64,000 nt of DNA from Eledone cirrhosa (taxonomy: Eukaryota), in the NCBI GenBank assembly GCA_964016885.1, contig OZ024747.1:59024001-59088000 (forward strand). The letters run 5' to 3'. The translations under genes were made by a program, and so were the position numbers. The stretch's first letter is position 1. Each line of letters opens with the position of its first letter. Shown here piece by piece: positions 14,064 to 30,640 of this stretch. The notes under the pieces were generated by a model. That model saw nothing but the letters and a program-made list of their open reading frames with translations, was not told where the DNA came from and did no database searches.

Positions 14064-14236
14064 ATCGGTAGAGGGTTGGACGCCATGCTTTCTAGCCTAG
14101 TTACGTGCCTTTACGGTCTGAGTTCAAATCCCGTCGAGATAAACTTTGCCTTTCATCCTTACGGGGTTGATAAAATAAAGTACCAGTAATGTACTGGGTA
14201 ATTGCTGGCCTTGTGCCTTGTGTAGAAACAATTATT
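14064..14236 (+). mobile_element. SINE family A, slightly 5'-truncated
   Basis: B box GAGTTCAAATCC and family body. Confidence 0.85.
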
Positions 14237-14431
14237 TTACTATTAGTATTCCAAGAACTGCCTGCCTAGGAACTTTCTTAAACCGGCCACCCGACTGAGG
14301 AAACTATCCTCGATACAGCGTATTCATAATCTCTAGCTGGATTACCTTAAACGATATCTTGTTATCTTATATATGTTATATATATATATATATTTATTTA
14401 TTTGTGTGTGTGTGTACACACACACACATAC

Positions 14432-14468
<37 letters not shown>

Positions 14469-15088
14469 CATATGTCGCCGATCGTATTGTGCCATGGTCT
14501 GATGACGTAAACAGTGGTAGAAAAACATTCTAATGAGTTAAAATTTAAAGTCACACCTCTGCTCTGCGTGTGATGGAGCATTCTTGAATATATATATAAA
14601 TGATCACATAGACTCTGACACTTTTCACCGATGTATAATGCACTTGCATGTGAAGCAGATGAGCTAAACAGGATGAGGGCATACAGGTTTGGTATTTACC
14701 TATTGCGATTTTGAGCTGGGTTATGTTAGAATATTTAAGAACGAACACGTATTCTATCGTAGTCGACAGTATTTGAAGAAGCCAAGCTGTGTGAAATAGG
14801 AAGCCAGCAAATAAGTAAGTACGAAATGATAAAAATGTATGTCTCCTTTGAAAAATAGAAGAGATGGAGTAGAAAATAATATGGAGGTTACTAGCTCAGA
14901 GAGTAAAAAGTGGAAGTTATACTGGTGTGTGCGTTTTAATGAGAGTGTGACTGTGTAGAGGAGGGCTGGGTGTAGGTTGATGTTCTAGGTTGATGAAGTG
15001 GAGCATCAACAACAAGAGGAGCGTGCCCAAGATCGAAGAAGTATCAGAACTCTCGGATTTAAAGTGGACTATATATATATATGTATGT

Positions 15089-15165
<77 letters not shown>

Positions 15166-16328
15166 TGGGCGTAGATATACACATACATAATACCCGCTGA
15201 ACACATCAAAAGAACGGCTCTCTCTTTGATTAATGCTGTTTCAAAAGAATGCAGATATATTTTCGATGTACGGTGGAATGATGGAACGGTAGAATTTGAG
15301 AATGAGATATTCAACGTTGTTAGGCTGTGGATTTATAGAGGAAAGGTGTTTGAAATAATGAGTTATAAAATGTCGAAGAAGGCGGTTCACGACAGCCAGA
15401 AGAAAGGGAGACAAGTGAAATATGTGACTATAAATGTTCATAGGAAACGTGTGGAATGGGTATTAATTCTCTTAATGAGGCTAATACAAAAACACACAAA
15501 CTCACACACACGCACACGCACACACACACACATATATACATATATGCGCATAAACACAAAGACACACAAAGTAAAACATGTACACACCATACGTCTCGCT
15601 CTGTCTCTAAACCTTATTTTGTGTATGTGTTTATATGTGTATGCATATATATATGTGTGTGTCGGTCGGTGTGTGTGTGTGTGTGCTTGTGTGTGTATTT
15701 GTGTGAGAGGGGGAGAGAAAGAGAGAGAGGTGTTATTTAAAGGAATAGTTCTCTTTCATATCGGTAGATGGCTGAGCTTGCTACGCAGTTGGACCGTGAT
15801 CAGTAACACGCTCAGATTTCCATTCAGCTCTATCAGAAATGAGCTCATCTTGTCACGTTGACCCGTACATCTGTAATACACCCGATAAAATGCAGAAATT
15901 GTTGTGTGGATTAGGAAGAATTAGATGGTAGTCGAGTTGGTTCAGGGACGACTGAAGAATGTGGCTCTTTATAGGAATGTGATACATGTCAAACATGGGT
16001 TCTGTAACCCAATATTGATTCTACTAATATTGCATGCGGGGAAAAATATATAAGCCGGTACAGAGACTTGCGGACCTCGGTGGATGATAAGGGAACAACC
16101 AGTTCTGTGTAATACCCTATGTAATATGTTTGGATTACGTGGGAGCATGTGATGGAGCAGAACATCACCTGGCAAGAAATCTGAAAATGGAACTCACATA
16201 GGATCAAGTTCTTCATTCAAGGGTTTATTCGATCTCCTGACTAGTCCAACCAACCTAATGAATGGGGTAACCGGCGTCTACATCTTTGAGTGACCATATG
16301 TGGTTTGCTAGCTTCGTGGACGATCGCT

Positions 16329-16480
16329 TATCCAAGTATCTAAAGATCGTCTGATGCAGACGTCGATTACTCCTTTCAATGGAAAGTTCTGACCAAATCT
16401 AAGCCATATGGAAATGGGAACTTGTCCTGCAGTCTGTGTATCGACGAACGAATGAATATATTGCAGAGATTACGTAATAG
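16329..16480 (+). pseudogene. Penelope-like element GIY-YIG endonuclease remnant
   Basis: LSKYLK, a frameshift, then DADVDYSFQWKVLTKSKPYGNGNLSCSLCIDERMNIL, matching the PLE motif LSKY..W-x-I-L..K-P-Y..C-x-L-C-x2-E-K-x2-I. Confidence 0.65.
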
Positions 16481-16833
16481 TATTCGTCCCCACGCTGCGA
16501 AATACATCTTACGTTACTACAAAGACCCAGAACAAATCTTACCCAGAATTAAATAGCTCAAATAAAAATGGTCTCCCTCTCACAATCCTAACTTGAGTTG
16601 AATCCCTTGACGACGTCCATGCACAGAATCCAGTCAGTTCATATAGACTTCCGTTCTCAGCACAACTTCACTCAGATTAAAATCTGTTGGGTGAAACATG
16701 CGTCCTCTAGTATGGTTTACTAATTTGTTGTGAAACTAGCTCCATACCAAACTCCTCCTCTGGACTGAGTGCTCTACTTACTACGGATATAAGCTCCCGG
16801 TTTGTTACCGCTATATATATATATACAATATAT

Positions 16834-16885
<52 letters not shown>

Positions 16886-16887
16886 CC

Positions 16888-16938
<51 letters not shown>

Positions 16939-17030
16939 TATATGTAAAAGGTAAACAGAAATAACAACACAATCGGTACAGTATATGGAAGGTATATATT
17001 AGGTTAACCCTTGATATAGCAGGAAGAGGG

Positions 17031-17066
17031 TCTTAACGTTTCGGACGCTAGTCCTTCAACAGAAGA
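17031..17066 (-). ncRNA. Minimal hammerhead-like motif, family H1
   Basis: Minus strand: TCTT-CTGTTGA-A-GGAC-TAGC-GTCC-GAAA-CGTT-AAGA. Confidence 0.55.
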
Positions 17067-18046
17067 AAGAATGAGAAATAAAATAGATTGAGGGGACGGG
17101 CGGGCTGGAATTTGAAAAAATCCTTTAGATAAAAATAACAGGTCCATTCATGTTGACATCTCTTGCAAAACTGTTGATGCTGGCGTTTTGTGTATGATTT
17201 GTTTTTTAGAAAAGTGGATGATGGAGCGCGTCTACCTGAAATGGATAAAAAAAAAACATATATATATTATACACATACATACATGCATATAATTTACTAC
17301 AATATATGCAAAATACATTCGTCTGATATATATATTAGACTGTACCTACTAACTATTTGCACATTTAGCCCATCAACCACTAAAATGTACGCTATATACT
17401 CCAATGGGCCATACCATTCGATTCCCCATTTAATAAGACCCCTTTAACGCTTCTCACCACACGTCTTACCCAAACCTCTTCCCTAGCCCAGTAAAATCAG
17501 GGATATTCTCATTTCCAACAATTACCACCAGCACCACAACCCCGCTTCGTTCACCCTCAAACTAGACCCTAATACAATAACTACTAATAAAATTTACTTC
17601 CACATGGAAAAAAAAGTAGGACAGTGACTTCGAAGTTTCGCCTAGGGTCGGCTTCGTGAAAGTTAACATCAATATAACACTAATACAATAAATTATTTCA
17701 AAATGTATTATTTAGTCAGCAAACCATGCCATAGTTTTCAGCACACCTTACAACACCATTGATGTGTTCCATTGTCTTCTTAGACTCCGATATCTTAGAA
17801 AATATTTCAGTAAAAGTTATGCTAGAAGTTTCTTCTCCAGCTAAGTAACAGCGCTGATTTGGTTACGTTTTTCTACAACATTCTATGATTTGCTTGTTCT
17901 ATCACTTATTCATATTCTTCTCACAGTTTTCAGACTAGATTCATCGGGATAACTTAATAAGAATGCTTTTGTTCGATCGAAGTACTCCACTTTAAGAAAC
18001 TGTAAATCATTTAATATCCACACACACACACACACACACGCACACA

Positions 18047-18107
<61 letters not shown>

Positions 18108-18189
18108 TGTGTGAGTCATTACTTCTGTCGTTAGATATACGCATGCACATTAACAAACGCACGCACATATATACATTTATATACATACA

Positions 18190-20015
<1,826 letters not shown>

Positions 20016-20132
20016 TACTTTATTTTTATTTATTATTTATTATAATTTTGTCTTTATTTGTTAATTTTTCATTCGCACCTTTTCCTTTCGCTATATGTCT
20101 CTCCACCACTCCCATACACACCTTTTGAACTC

Positions 20133-20168
20133 TTACCCGAAGAAGGGCTTATGCCCGAAACGTCGTCC
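20133..20168 (+). ncRNA. Minimal hammerhead-like motif (H1-related) in a 240-bp island between two kb-scale (TA)n fields
   Basis: AC-CCGAAGA-A-GGGC-TTAT-GCCC-GAAA-CGTC-GT; GUC triplet; AATAAA about 40 nt downstream. Confidence 0.55.
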
Positions 20169-20254
20169 TCCACCTACCCCCCACTCTCCTGAGCGTGAAG
20201 CTAATAAACATTTGTCGTACTGCCTCTCTGTTCTGTCCCTGTTCAATTTTTTAT

Positions 20255-21630
<1,376 letters not shown>

Positions 21631-21827
21631 CACAAACATATATATATACATACACACACAAACAACATATATATATATATATAAAGAGAGAGAGAGAAAG
21701 AAAGTGATAAATACCCACATATATATGAATATAAATATATGTGTATATATCATATATATATATATATATATATATATTATTTAATTATGCATGAACACAA
21801 GTATGTGCAGATATATGTATATATGAA

Positions 21828-21872
<45 letters not shown>

Positions 21873-22027
21873 GTTTGTATACGTGTATGTAAAGACAACT
21901 TTATCTTTGATTATCAATATAGATTTCGGTATGCGTATGTATGCATGTATATATATATATGTATGTATACATGTACGTACATTTATTTCTGTGTATGTAT
22001 GTATGTATGTGTGTGTGTGTGCGCGCG

Positions 22028-22072
<45 letters not shown>

Positions 22073-22582
22073 GTCTACCTGTCTTTGTAATTTATCTACT
22101 AATGGATTTCTCTGTTGTATTTACTCAACACTCTCTGCTCCTATTTTCAATAGTCTACCACCGATAGGCAAACACTTCTTCTAACCCGGGCCGCCCTTAG
22201 GTTATAACACTAATACAATGGTATCGGCCAACATAATGTATAAAGGACAATGGTCTAGGCAAAGCTTCTTTTCTATTTGTGAAACCATTCTCTAGTGGAT
22301 ACGAACTAGTTCCAATAGAGCAGGATCGATACATAAAAGGCGTGTAAGTCGGCTCTTTCCACTTAAATGGTTGGCTTTTGTGCGCAGAGAGCTGCTTCAC
22401 TAACTTGCACAGCATTCTTCCTTGTCTTCTTACAATCCAAAACTATTTCTCCTTATTATTCCATTCTAAAGAATAGAAAACCATTCGCAATCGATTCCCT
22501 GCAGTTATCTTTTTGTTTACAAATGAAGATATGTCTTCTTGCCTACGTAAGACATATGGACAGATATGTATTCATATACTAA

Positions 22583-22626
<44 letters not shown>

Positions 22627-22689
22627 TATATATATGCGTATTATTTGAGGTTATCATAAAGATCTTAACCACTTACATAGCAATGTATG

Positions 22690-22722
<33 letters not shown>

Positions 22723-22989
22723 GTATGTATGTACGTATGTATGTATGTATATATATATATGTGTGTGTGTGTATGTGTGTGTACTTCCTTTGTTTCGGGT
22801 ATTACTTAGACTTTTCTCGGGAGCAAAACATTACTTATGATCCAAGCGTAGAAATATTTAAGCTCTCGATCATACATTTTGTATGGCTTATTGAAAACCG
22901 ACCTACTTAGTTATGTCACTAAGTACTTCATATATATATGTGTGTATGTGTGAGTGAGTGTAGAGGCGTCGCTGTGTATGCGCGTCTGT

Positions 22990-23165
22990 AATAATAATTG
23001 TTTCTATGTTTGGCACAAGGCCAGCAATTATCCCAGTGTATTACTGGTACTTTATTTTATCGACCCCGTAAGGATGAAAGGCAAAGTTAACCTTGGCGGG
23101 ATTTGAACTCAGACCGTAAGGTCCGTAACTCTATGCTGCAAAACATGGCGTCCGACCCTCTACCG
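22990..23165 (-). mobile_element. SINE family A
   Basis: Reverse complement of the family consensus. Confidence 0.85.
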
Positions 23166-23334
23166 CCCTGCAAAATAATAATAATGATAAGATGCACCTA
23201 ATGGGTTTTTTTTTTAAATATATACCTCTACATCTACAATACACAACGCAAAGAAAGTACTTCATTGAAATTATTGTTTTGCGGGGAGGGGGGGGGGGGG
23301 GGGGCTTTTTTTTTTGCGGCTCTTTCAATTTTTG

Positions 23335-23370
23335 TCATAACCGGTTTCGCTATGAGTAGCTTTTCAATTC
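23335..23370 (-). ncRNA. UUGAAAA-type hammerhead-like motif
   Basis: Minus strand: TTGAAAA-GCTA-CTCA-TAGC-GAAA-CCGG-TT. Confidence 0.4.
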
Positions 23371-23496
23371 AAAGTTTAATTTTAATATATGTTGGTGTTG
23401 TAAATATTTCACTCAATTTGAATACCTTCAATACAATAATTAGTTCGTTCACTTTGAGATAATACTATAAGTAATAGAGTCACACATACATATATA

Positions 23497-24383
23497 CGAG
23501 GTGTGTCAGAAAAGTTCCAGGACTGATGTCACAAAAGATTTATTTCAAACCCAAACTTCACACTAAAAGTTTTCTCCTTCAAAGTAATCCCTCTGGAGTC
23601 TAATGCACTTTTCCATCCTTTTCTGCCACGCTTGCATGCACTCCTGGAAGGATTCTTCCGCAGTTCCGTCGTCACGGCCTTTTTGATGTCGTCCACGTCT
23701 TCAAAACGGGTCCCCTCCAGGTCGTACTCGAAGATCCATGACTCATCACTGGTGATGACTGTCCCTAGCAAGTCTGGTTCTGTTTCAAGACGCTCGAGGA
23801 TGTCCTGGCACACTTGCACGCGTCGACCCTTCTGGTCATCGTTCAGCAGTTTTGGTACCATCTTCGCGCAGACTTCCCGCATGTTCAAATCTTCAGTGAG
23901 AATCTTCCAGACGCTGTCCCGATTCATTGCCCAGCTCATTTGCCATCAGTCGAACAGTCAACCGACGATCGCTACACACCATCTGCCTGACGCGCTCAAC
24001 GTTGACTTCAGTCCTGGTTGTTGAGGGCCTTCCGCTCCTGGGGCCATCTTCCACGTCCTCGTGTCCTTCTTTAAACCTTTTGCACCACTCAAAAACACGT
24101 GAGCGTGACATCGTCTCATCTCCACACAGTTGCTGCAGCAATCCCAGTGCTTCTGACGGAGTTTTCCTCAACCGTTCATTGATCTGTGCTCATTGCTTGA
24201 CGACCTGAAACAGAGGACATGTATATAAAATTATGAAGAAAAAAGTTTGATCGCTGCAGAGAGTTAAGATTACAGTTACATACTCCAGGGGGATTACTTT
24301 GAAGGAGAAAACTCTTAGCGTGAAGTTTGGATTTGAAATAAATCTTTTGTGACATCAGTCCTGGAACTTTTCTGACACACCTC

Positions 24384-24384
<1 letters not shown>
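23497..24384 (-). mobile_element. Non-autonomous mariner (Tc1/mariner) element, 888 bp, 103-bp TIRs, TA target site
   Basis: TA|CGAGGTGTGTCAGAAAAGTTCC...GGAACTTTTCTGACACACCTCG|TA; transposase remnants inside. Confidence 0.95.
23563..24193 (-). pseudogene. Mariner transposase pseudogene (frameshifts; catalytic core deleted)
   Basis: HTH region (VFEWCKRFKEG, RSGRPST), MVPKLL (WVPHEL-like), ITSDESW first Asp, then a direct jump to GTRFEDVDDIK; HDNA and YSPDLAP motifs absent; C-terminus KCIRLQRDYFEGENF*. Confidence 0.9.
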
Positions 24385-24427
<43 letters not shown>

Positions 24428-24428
<1 letters not shown>

Positions 24429-24640
24429 AAAGGGCGGAGAAACTCAGGAGAGTCAATGGCCAACCAATAACTTTTTTTTTCTTGTGGGGCGAGAGATATC
24501 TAGTCTTCATCAAGACATCTTTGTAGAAGATCACTTGATATAAAACCTGCGACTTCATTTGCATCCGATGATGTAGATCAGTTCTTTTTGGGGCAAATGT
24601 ATTTGATGTTCAGAGAGTGGGATTGGACCCCTGCAAAACC
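24428..24640 (+). repeat. Diverged dispersed repeat, homolog of 42546-42750
   Basis: Shared collinear blocks AAAGGGC...AGAGTCAATGGCCA, TGATATAA.ACCTGC and GAGAGTGGGA.TGG. Confidence 0.5.
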
Positions 24641-25888
24641 TTTCTTCACTTCAAGCACAGCAGACATCGCTTGATATGTGACATTTTTTTGCGATGCATG
24701 ATATTGCTGGCCATAAGCAAGCCCCTAGCTGGACTAAAAGACCACATCCATTATGCTCATGCTTATGTATCAAACTATGGCATTACTCGAAATCGAGTTA
24801 CAGCCATCATGTATGTATGTGTGTGTGTGTGTCTGTGTGTGTAAGAGCGTGTGTGTATGTAAGTAACAGAAACAGCTGTGCTTATTCTTAAACATATAAC
24901 ATTGAAAGGACAATTACCCATGCTTCACGTGTAGCAATTGCAGTTTTATGAAACATATTTCATATTTCCTCATTGATAATTTATATATTTTTATCTTTTG
25001 GCTCTGGAACAATAAATTACCGAGTTCCTTCGCTGTTAAATAACCTGGAGAGCTTCGATAAAAATTTCAGGTGATTCTAGAAACTTATAATTTTTACATG
25101 TAATAAGGAGGAACAGTTATATATTGCGTTAGCATACGTTAAAAGCCCTCATAAAAACCTATACATGTATGGAGATATTTAATGTCCGCACATATAAACT
25201 GTCAGTTATAAATTATCTACTCAGAAGATTTTTTTTTTTTAGATTTTACTCCACACAAATTTTAAGCACAACAGAAGAATATTTGTAGAAAAAAAAATCA
25301 GCAAACACCGTTTAATAAGGCATATTCAAATAAATTATTAGAGGAAGTTATAAAAATATACGAGAAACAATTTTGACATAAGAAACATAACAAACAAACC
25401 GTATATAAAGTATGTTGGAGAAACGTATCGTACTGTGGCGTTAGAATAGATGAACAGGTTAATATAAATAAGTCATCAAACTGAACAGAACAATCATTAT
25501 AACTAAACATAACGTAACATTAATAATATGGTTTTGAAAAATAAAATAAATTAAACATTTTTTCTTCTACAAAACATAAAATATATTGCATACTGTCAAG
25601 AAAAGAAAGTAATTGTGGCAGAAAAACTAATTCATAACGAAATACAAGAGCAACTACACAACTGAAATACCAACTCTCATAAAAACCTAGAGCCAACATC
25701 AAACACGTTATACTGACGTCACAGCAGAAATAAAATTCCTAATCAAATAAATGCTATTAATATATATAAACATATATTAATATAATATATATAATATATA
25801 TATATATATATATTAATACCATTTATTTGATTAGGAATTATATATATATATATATTTATATATATATAGTAAAAGAATGAGTAATAAC

Positions 25889-26011
25889 ATGGTCGGCTGT
25901 ACAATATGGTTTATTTAAAGTATTAACAATTGTTTCATTAATCCGGTGTGTCTAAAAGTCGCTGATCGATAGAAGTTACGTCATTCGACTTTAATTACAT
26001 TCGATACCCGA

Positions 26012-26015
<4 letters not shown>
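25889..26015 (-). repeat. Second copy of the 13939-14065 extended-helix-II cassette
   Basis: Reverse-complement alignment over about 125 bp; CTGACGA box lost to (TA)n. Confidence 0.8.
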
Positions 26016-26073
<58 letters not shown>

Positions 26074-26078
<5 letters not shown>

Positions 26079-26423
26079 ATATTAAATAAATGGAAACTAT
26101 ATTTTTAAAACCATATTTATTCTATTATATATATTTCATGGGTACCAAAATTTTGGTACGCTATCATCAGATAAAATACGAAGTGTGTTTTATAAATGTT
26201 GACAAAACCAAGGAAAATATACCTTAACGGTTAAAGTTTACCTTTACTATCCAAGGTAAATTCTAACCATTAAGGTATATTTTACTTGGTTATGTCAAAA
26301 TTTATAAAACACACTTCGTATTTTATCTCATGATAGCGTACCAAAATGTTGGTACCCTTGAAATATATAAAATAGAATAAATATGGTTTTATAAATATAG
26401 TTTCCATTTATTTAATATCATTG
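26074..26423. repeat. 350-bp fold-back palindrome (171-bp arms, 8-nt loop) containing a hammerhead-like core
   Basis: Ungapped arms, about 11 mismatches by eye; minus 26170-26134 reads CTGATGA..GTACCAAA/TTTGGTAC..GAAA. Confidence 0.9.
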
Positions 26424-26551
26424 AATATTATATTCCAGAAAAGCTGTCGAGTGCTCTGAATCAGTTATAAACATTTATATTTGTTGAATTACCAACAAAT
26501 TGATATCCCTTCTGCTTATATATATATAAAAGCATGGTAAAATGATTAAAA

Positions 26552-26599
<48 letters not shown>

Positions 26600-27111
26600 G
26601 AAAATTTGTCGAGTGCTTTATGTCGGTTATAAATATATTTACTTGTTGTATCCCAACAACTTTAAATAGAACTTTTGCATATATATATATATATATTAAT
26701 TTTTAATCATTTTACTATGCTTTTGTAGTTTTGTCCGCGAGGCACAGCCCCAACAACGCCGCGCCCAGAACCCTCTCCCCTCCCCTTCCTCTCCTTTTCA
26801 TCTCATTTATGGCTTTTATAATCTTTTCCTCTACTTCCCATATCTACCCTACTGAAGAATTAACAGTACTATTATTCCTAACGTTACATTACATGGTGTC
26901 TAGAGACAGGTAAGTCTATTTATAATTTAGTCATTATGAAGAGCAAGAACAATTTCTTGCCATGAAAAAATCAGGAACTAATTTTCTTTTTAGAATATCC
27001 GAATGATTTCCAGCCACCATATATGGAAAATGATGTTGCTAAAATAAATAAACATGGAATACAAGAAAATCAACTTCGGATAATATATTTATTATATTAT
27101 TTATTTGTATC

Positions 27112-27272
27112 TGGCCCTTTACGCTCTGAGTTCAAATCCCGCCGAGGTTAGCTTTACCTTTCATTCTTCCGAGGTCGATAAAATAAAGTACCAGCAATGC
27201 ACTGGGAGTGATTTAATCGACTTTACTCTCCCCAAACAGTGTTAGCCTTGCGCTTATAGTAGAAAACATTAT
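27112..27272 (+). mobile_element. SINE family A, 5'-truncated, long-tail variant
   Basis: B box and body plus the GATTTAATCGACT insert. Confidence 0.8.
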
Positions 27273-27625
27273 TTATTTATGTTTAAGACCGCTATCTAAG
27301 GTTTCAAGACCTAATATTGATCATATCTCCAGATTGTAAGTGAGTTCAAATTTGTGACCGAGTCCTTAGCCGCTTAGACGAGTTTGGGCCATTAGTGTTT
27401 TAACTATGCGCGAGAACATCTATGTGGTTGATTGATGTGCTAGACATTGCAGCCAAATGCCATGAAAATCATATGCTATTATATTAAAAGTGAAAGAACT
27501 AATAGATATTATTGCTCCATATATCTATAAAGAGAGGGATTAGTAATTCTGATGTCCATGTTTTCCCGCCCTTAGGCCTTATACACCTGGTTATTAAACC
27601 ATTGTCTGTAGTAAGCTACTAATTC

Positions 27626-27668
<43 letters not shown>

Positions 27669-27900
27669 CACACACACGCATATAGAGAGAGAGATAGCGG
27701 GAGCAGGGAAAGTGGAGTGTATGTATATTTATTTCTACATATATATGTGTGTATGTGTGTGTTTGAGAGTATATATGTATGTATATATGTATGCATGCAG
27801 GACTCTATGTATGTATATATGTATGTATGCATGCATCTATGTATGTATGTACATATGTATGTATGTATGTATGCATATTTTTTAATTTTTATTTTCTTTT

Positions 27901-27951
<51 letters not shown>

Positions 27952-28431
27952 TTTTTTTTTTTTTTTATCTCTTTCAATGGTCATACTCGATAGCGAGGGG
28001 GCAGCCATCATGTATGCATATATTTATGTATGTACATATTATGTATGCATGCATATATGTATATATGTATGTATACACTCACATATTCTATGCCTTTGAG
28101 ATTTTCATTGCAGATTGAAATAATTAAGTCTATAAATACATGGAACATGTGTTACACCACACCCAACCCTTCTGCTGTGGTTACAAATGGCTGCGGTGTA
28201 ACACATGTTAACTGTAGTTACAGTGTTGCCCTTGTTGTTGTTGGTGGTGGTGGTGAGGTTGGTGGTGGTGGTGGGGGGAGAGGGGGGTCTTGTTGTACTC
28301 TACCACAGTCAATCGCATACATTCACATATAAACATAAAAGATTTACACGCATAATTAAACGCCTAATTAGACGCAAATATATATATGTCTACGTAAATG
28401 TGTATATGCATATAAATACATATGTTATATA

Positions 28432-28439
<8 letters not shown>

Positions 28440-28505
<66 letters not shown>

Positions 28506-28563
28506 TGTGTACATTTATATATATATATAATCAAATATATCTATAAACCCATATATATATAAG

Positions 28564-28604
<41 letters not shown>

Positions 28605-28621
28605 GTGTGTGTATATATATA

Positions 28622-28696
<75 letters not shown>

Positions 28697-28713
28697 ATAT
28701 ATATATGTGTGTG

Positions 28714-28748
<35 letters not shown>

Positions 28749-29019
28749 ATATATATGTATGTGTGTACATATATATGTGTGTATATATATATATATATGT
28801 GTGTATATATATATATATATATGTGTGTGTGTATATATATATATATGTGTGTGTGTATATATATATATATGTGTGTGTATATATATGTGTGTGTGTATAT
28901 ATATATATATATGTGTGTGTATATATATGTGTGTATATATATGTGTGTATAGATATATGTGTGTGTGTATATATATGTGTGTGTGTATATATATATGTGT
29001 GTGTATATATATATATGTG

Positions 29020-29070
<51 letters not shown>

Positions 29071-29093
29071 GTGTGTCTATATGTATATATATA

Positions 29094-29135
<42 letters not shown>
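28440..29135. repeat. Compound (TA)n/(TG)n field
   Basis: Directly visible. Confidence 0.95.
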
Positions 29136-29137
<2 letters not shown>

Positions 29138-29328
29138 CATACACACACATACACACACACACAATCATGAATAGATGTCAATGTATAAATATGTCACATG
29201 CCCACTTAAATAAGCACGTGTTGACAACCATATATATATATACATGGCGCACACATTTAGCTATGTGAATATATTATATATTTGCCTTTGATCCTTCAGG
29301 CGTCGAAAGAGATAGGTGTCATTTACCG

Positions 29329-29392
<64 letters not shown>

Positions 29393-30159
29393 ATCTAATA
29401 CTCCTTCTTTTCTGGCTATTCTTAATCCTAGAGAAACAAAATGGCCTCGGGGGCAGCTTTTAAATGTCCACGGCATGCCGTATGACACGACAGCCGACCA
29501 ATGACTCTATCGTGGTGGAACGATCTATTCACAACATACATACATATATATATATATGTATGTGTTTGTTTCAACGTTTGTGAATATGTATGTGTATCCA
29601 TGTCCGCGTGTATGCGTATGCATGTGCATGTGTGTTTACGTACATTAACACAATACGCATGCACTCAATTTTACGCAGGCATAGGAATATACAAGCAGGC
29701 ACATTACACTCCTACTTAGAAACACATGTTCACAAATTCCCTTATCTATGTATATATACATAGATTCGTATATTGCACATATGCATGTACTTAGAAACAA
29801 TAATATATATAAATACATACATGCACCCTTTATTATAGGAGGTATGTGTACCGTTGGAAAAATAACATTATAGTAAGTTTATTTTAGTTCCTCTATCTCC
29901 TGCAATTCTTGCACTTAATTCAGCCTCCCGGCTACCTTCATTCGTGTAAACGGCCCCGAGATACTTTAACTTTTCCATCTGCTTTGATTCAGCTCCACTT
30001 ACGTATAGATTGCACTACACGGGCTTCCTTGAGAGGGCGAGTGTCTCAGTCTTGCAATTTGTTTCTTTTTTATTTAACTGTTTAACAGTTAAAGAGTAGA
30101 ATAATGAATTTGTCTTTACCTCCTGAAACAGAATTTCTAAATTTGATAAAGTTTTATGT

Positions 30160-30640
30160 TCCACGGTGGGAGTTATACAATGACAAGTCTACTGTCGTGG
30201 GTTATACAATCACTGTTCCCCCTTGGTGGATTTATAATTACAGGTCTGCTGTGGGCGGTTAAACAACCACTGCTCCACGTTTCGGTTTATAAAATCACTG
30301 CCTTATGTTGGGGGTTATACTATCACTGATTCACGATGGAGGCTATATAGTGACTTACCCACTGTGGGGGGGGGGGGGGGTTATAAAAGCACTGCCCCAC
30401 GGTCGGGGTTATACAATGACATCGCAATGGTGGAGGCTATATAATGATCGTCCTCGGTGGGCTTATACAATGACAGCTCCACTGTACGGTGGGGGTTAAA
30501 CAGTGACTACGCCACTGTGTAGGTAATATAACCACTGCTCTACTGTGGGGGTGAGAAACAGCTGACCTACGATGGGTTGTATAATGATTGCCTTACGATG
30601 TGGGTAATACAATTCCTGTCCGATATTGGAGGTTATACAT
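30160..30640. repeat. Old degenerate minisatellite, unit about 31 bp (GGGGTTATACAATGACTGCYCCACTGTGG-like)
   Basis: Recurrent GTTATACAAT-like core at about 30-bp spacing. Confidence 0.7.

Noticed and set aside
15226-15861. 211-aa ORF
   Set aside because: Runs through CA/TG microsatellites and has no recognisable domain
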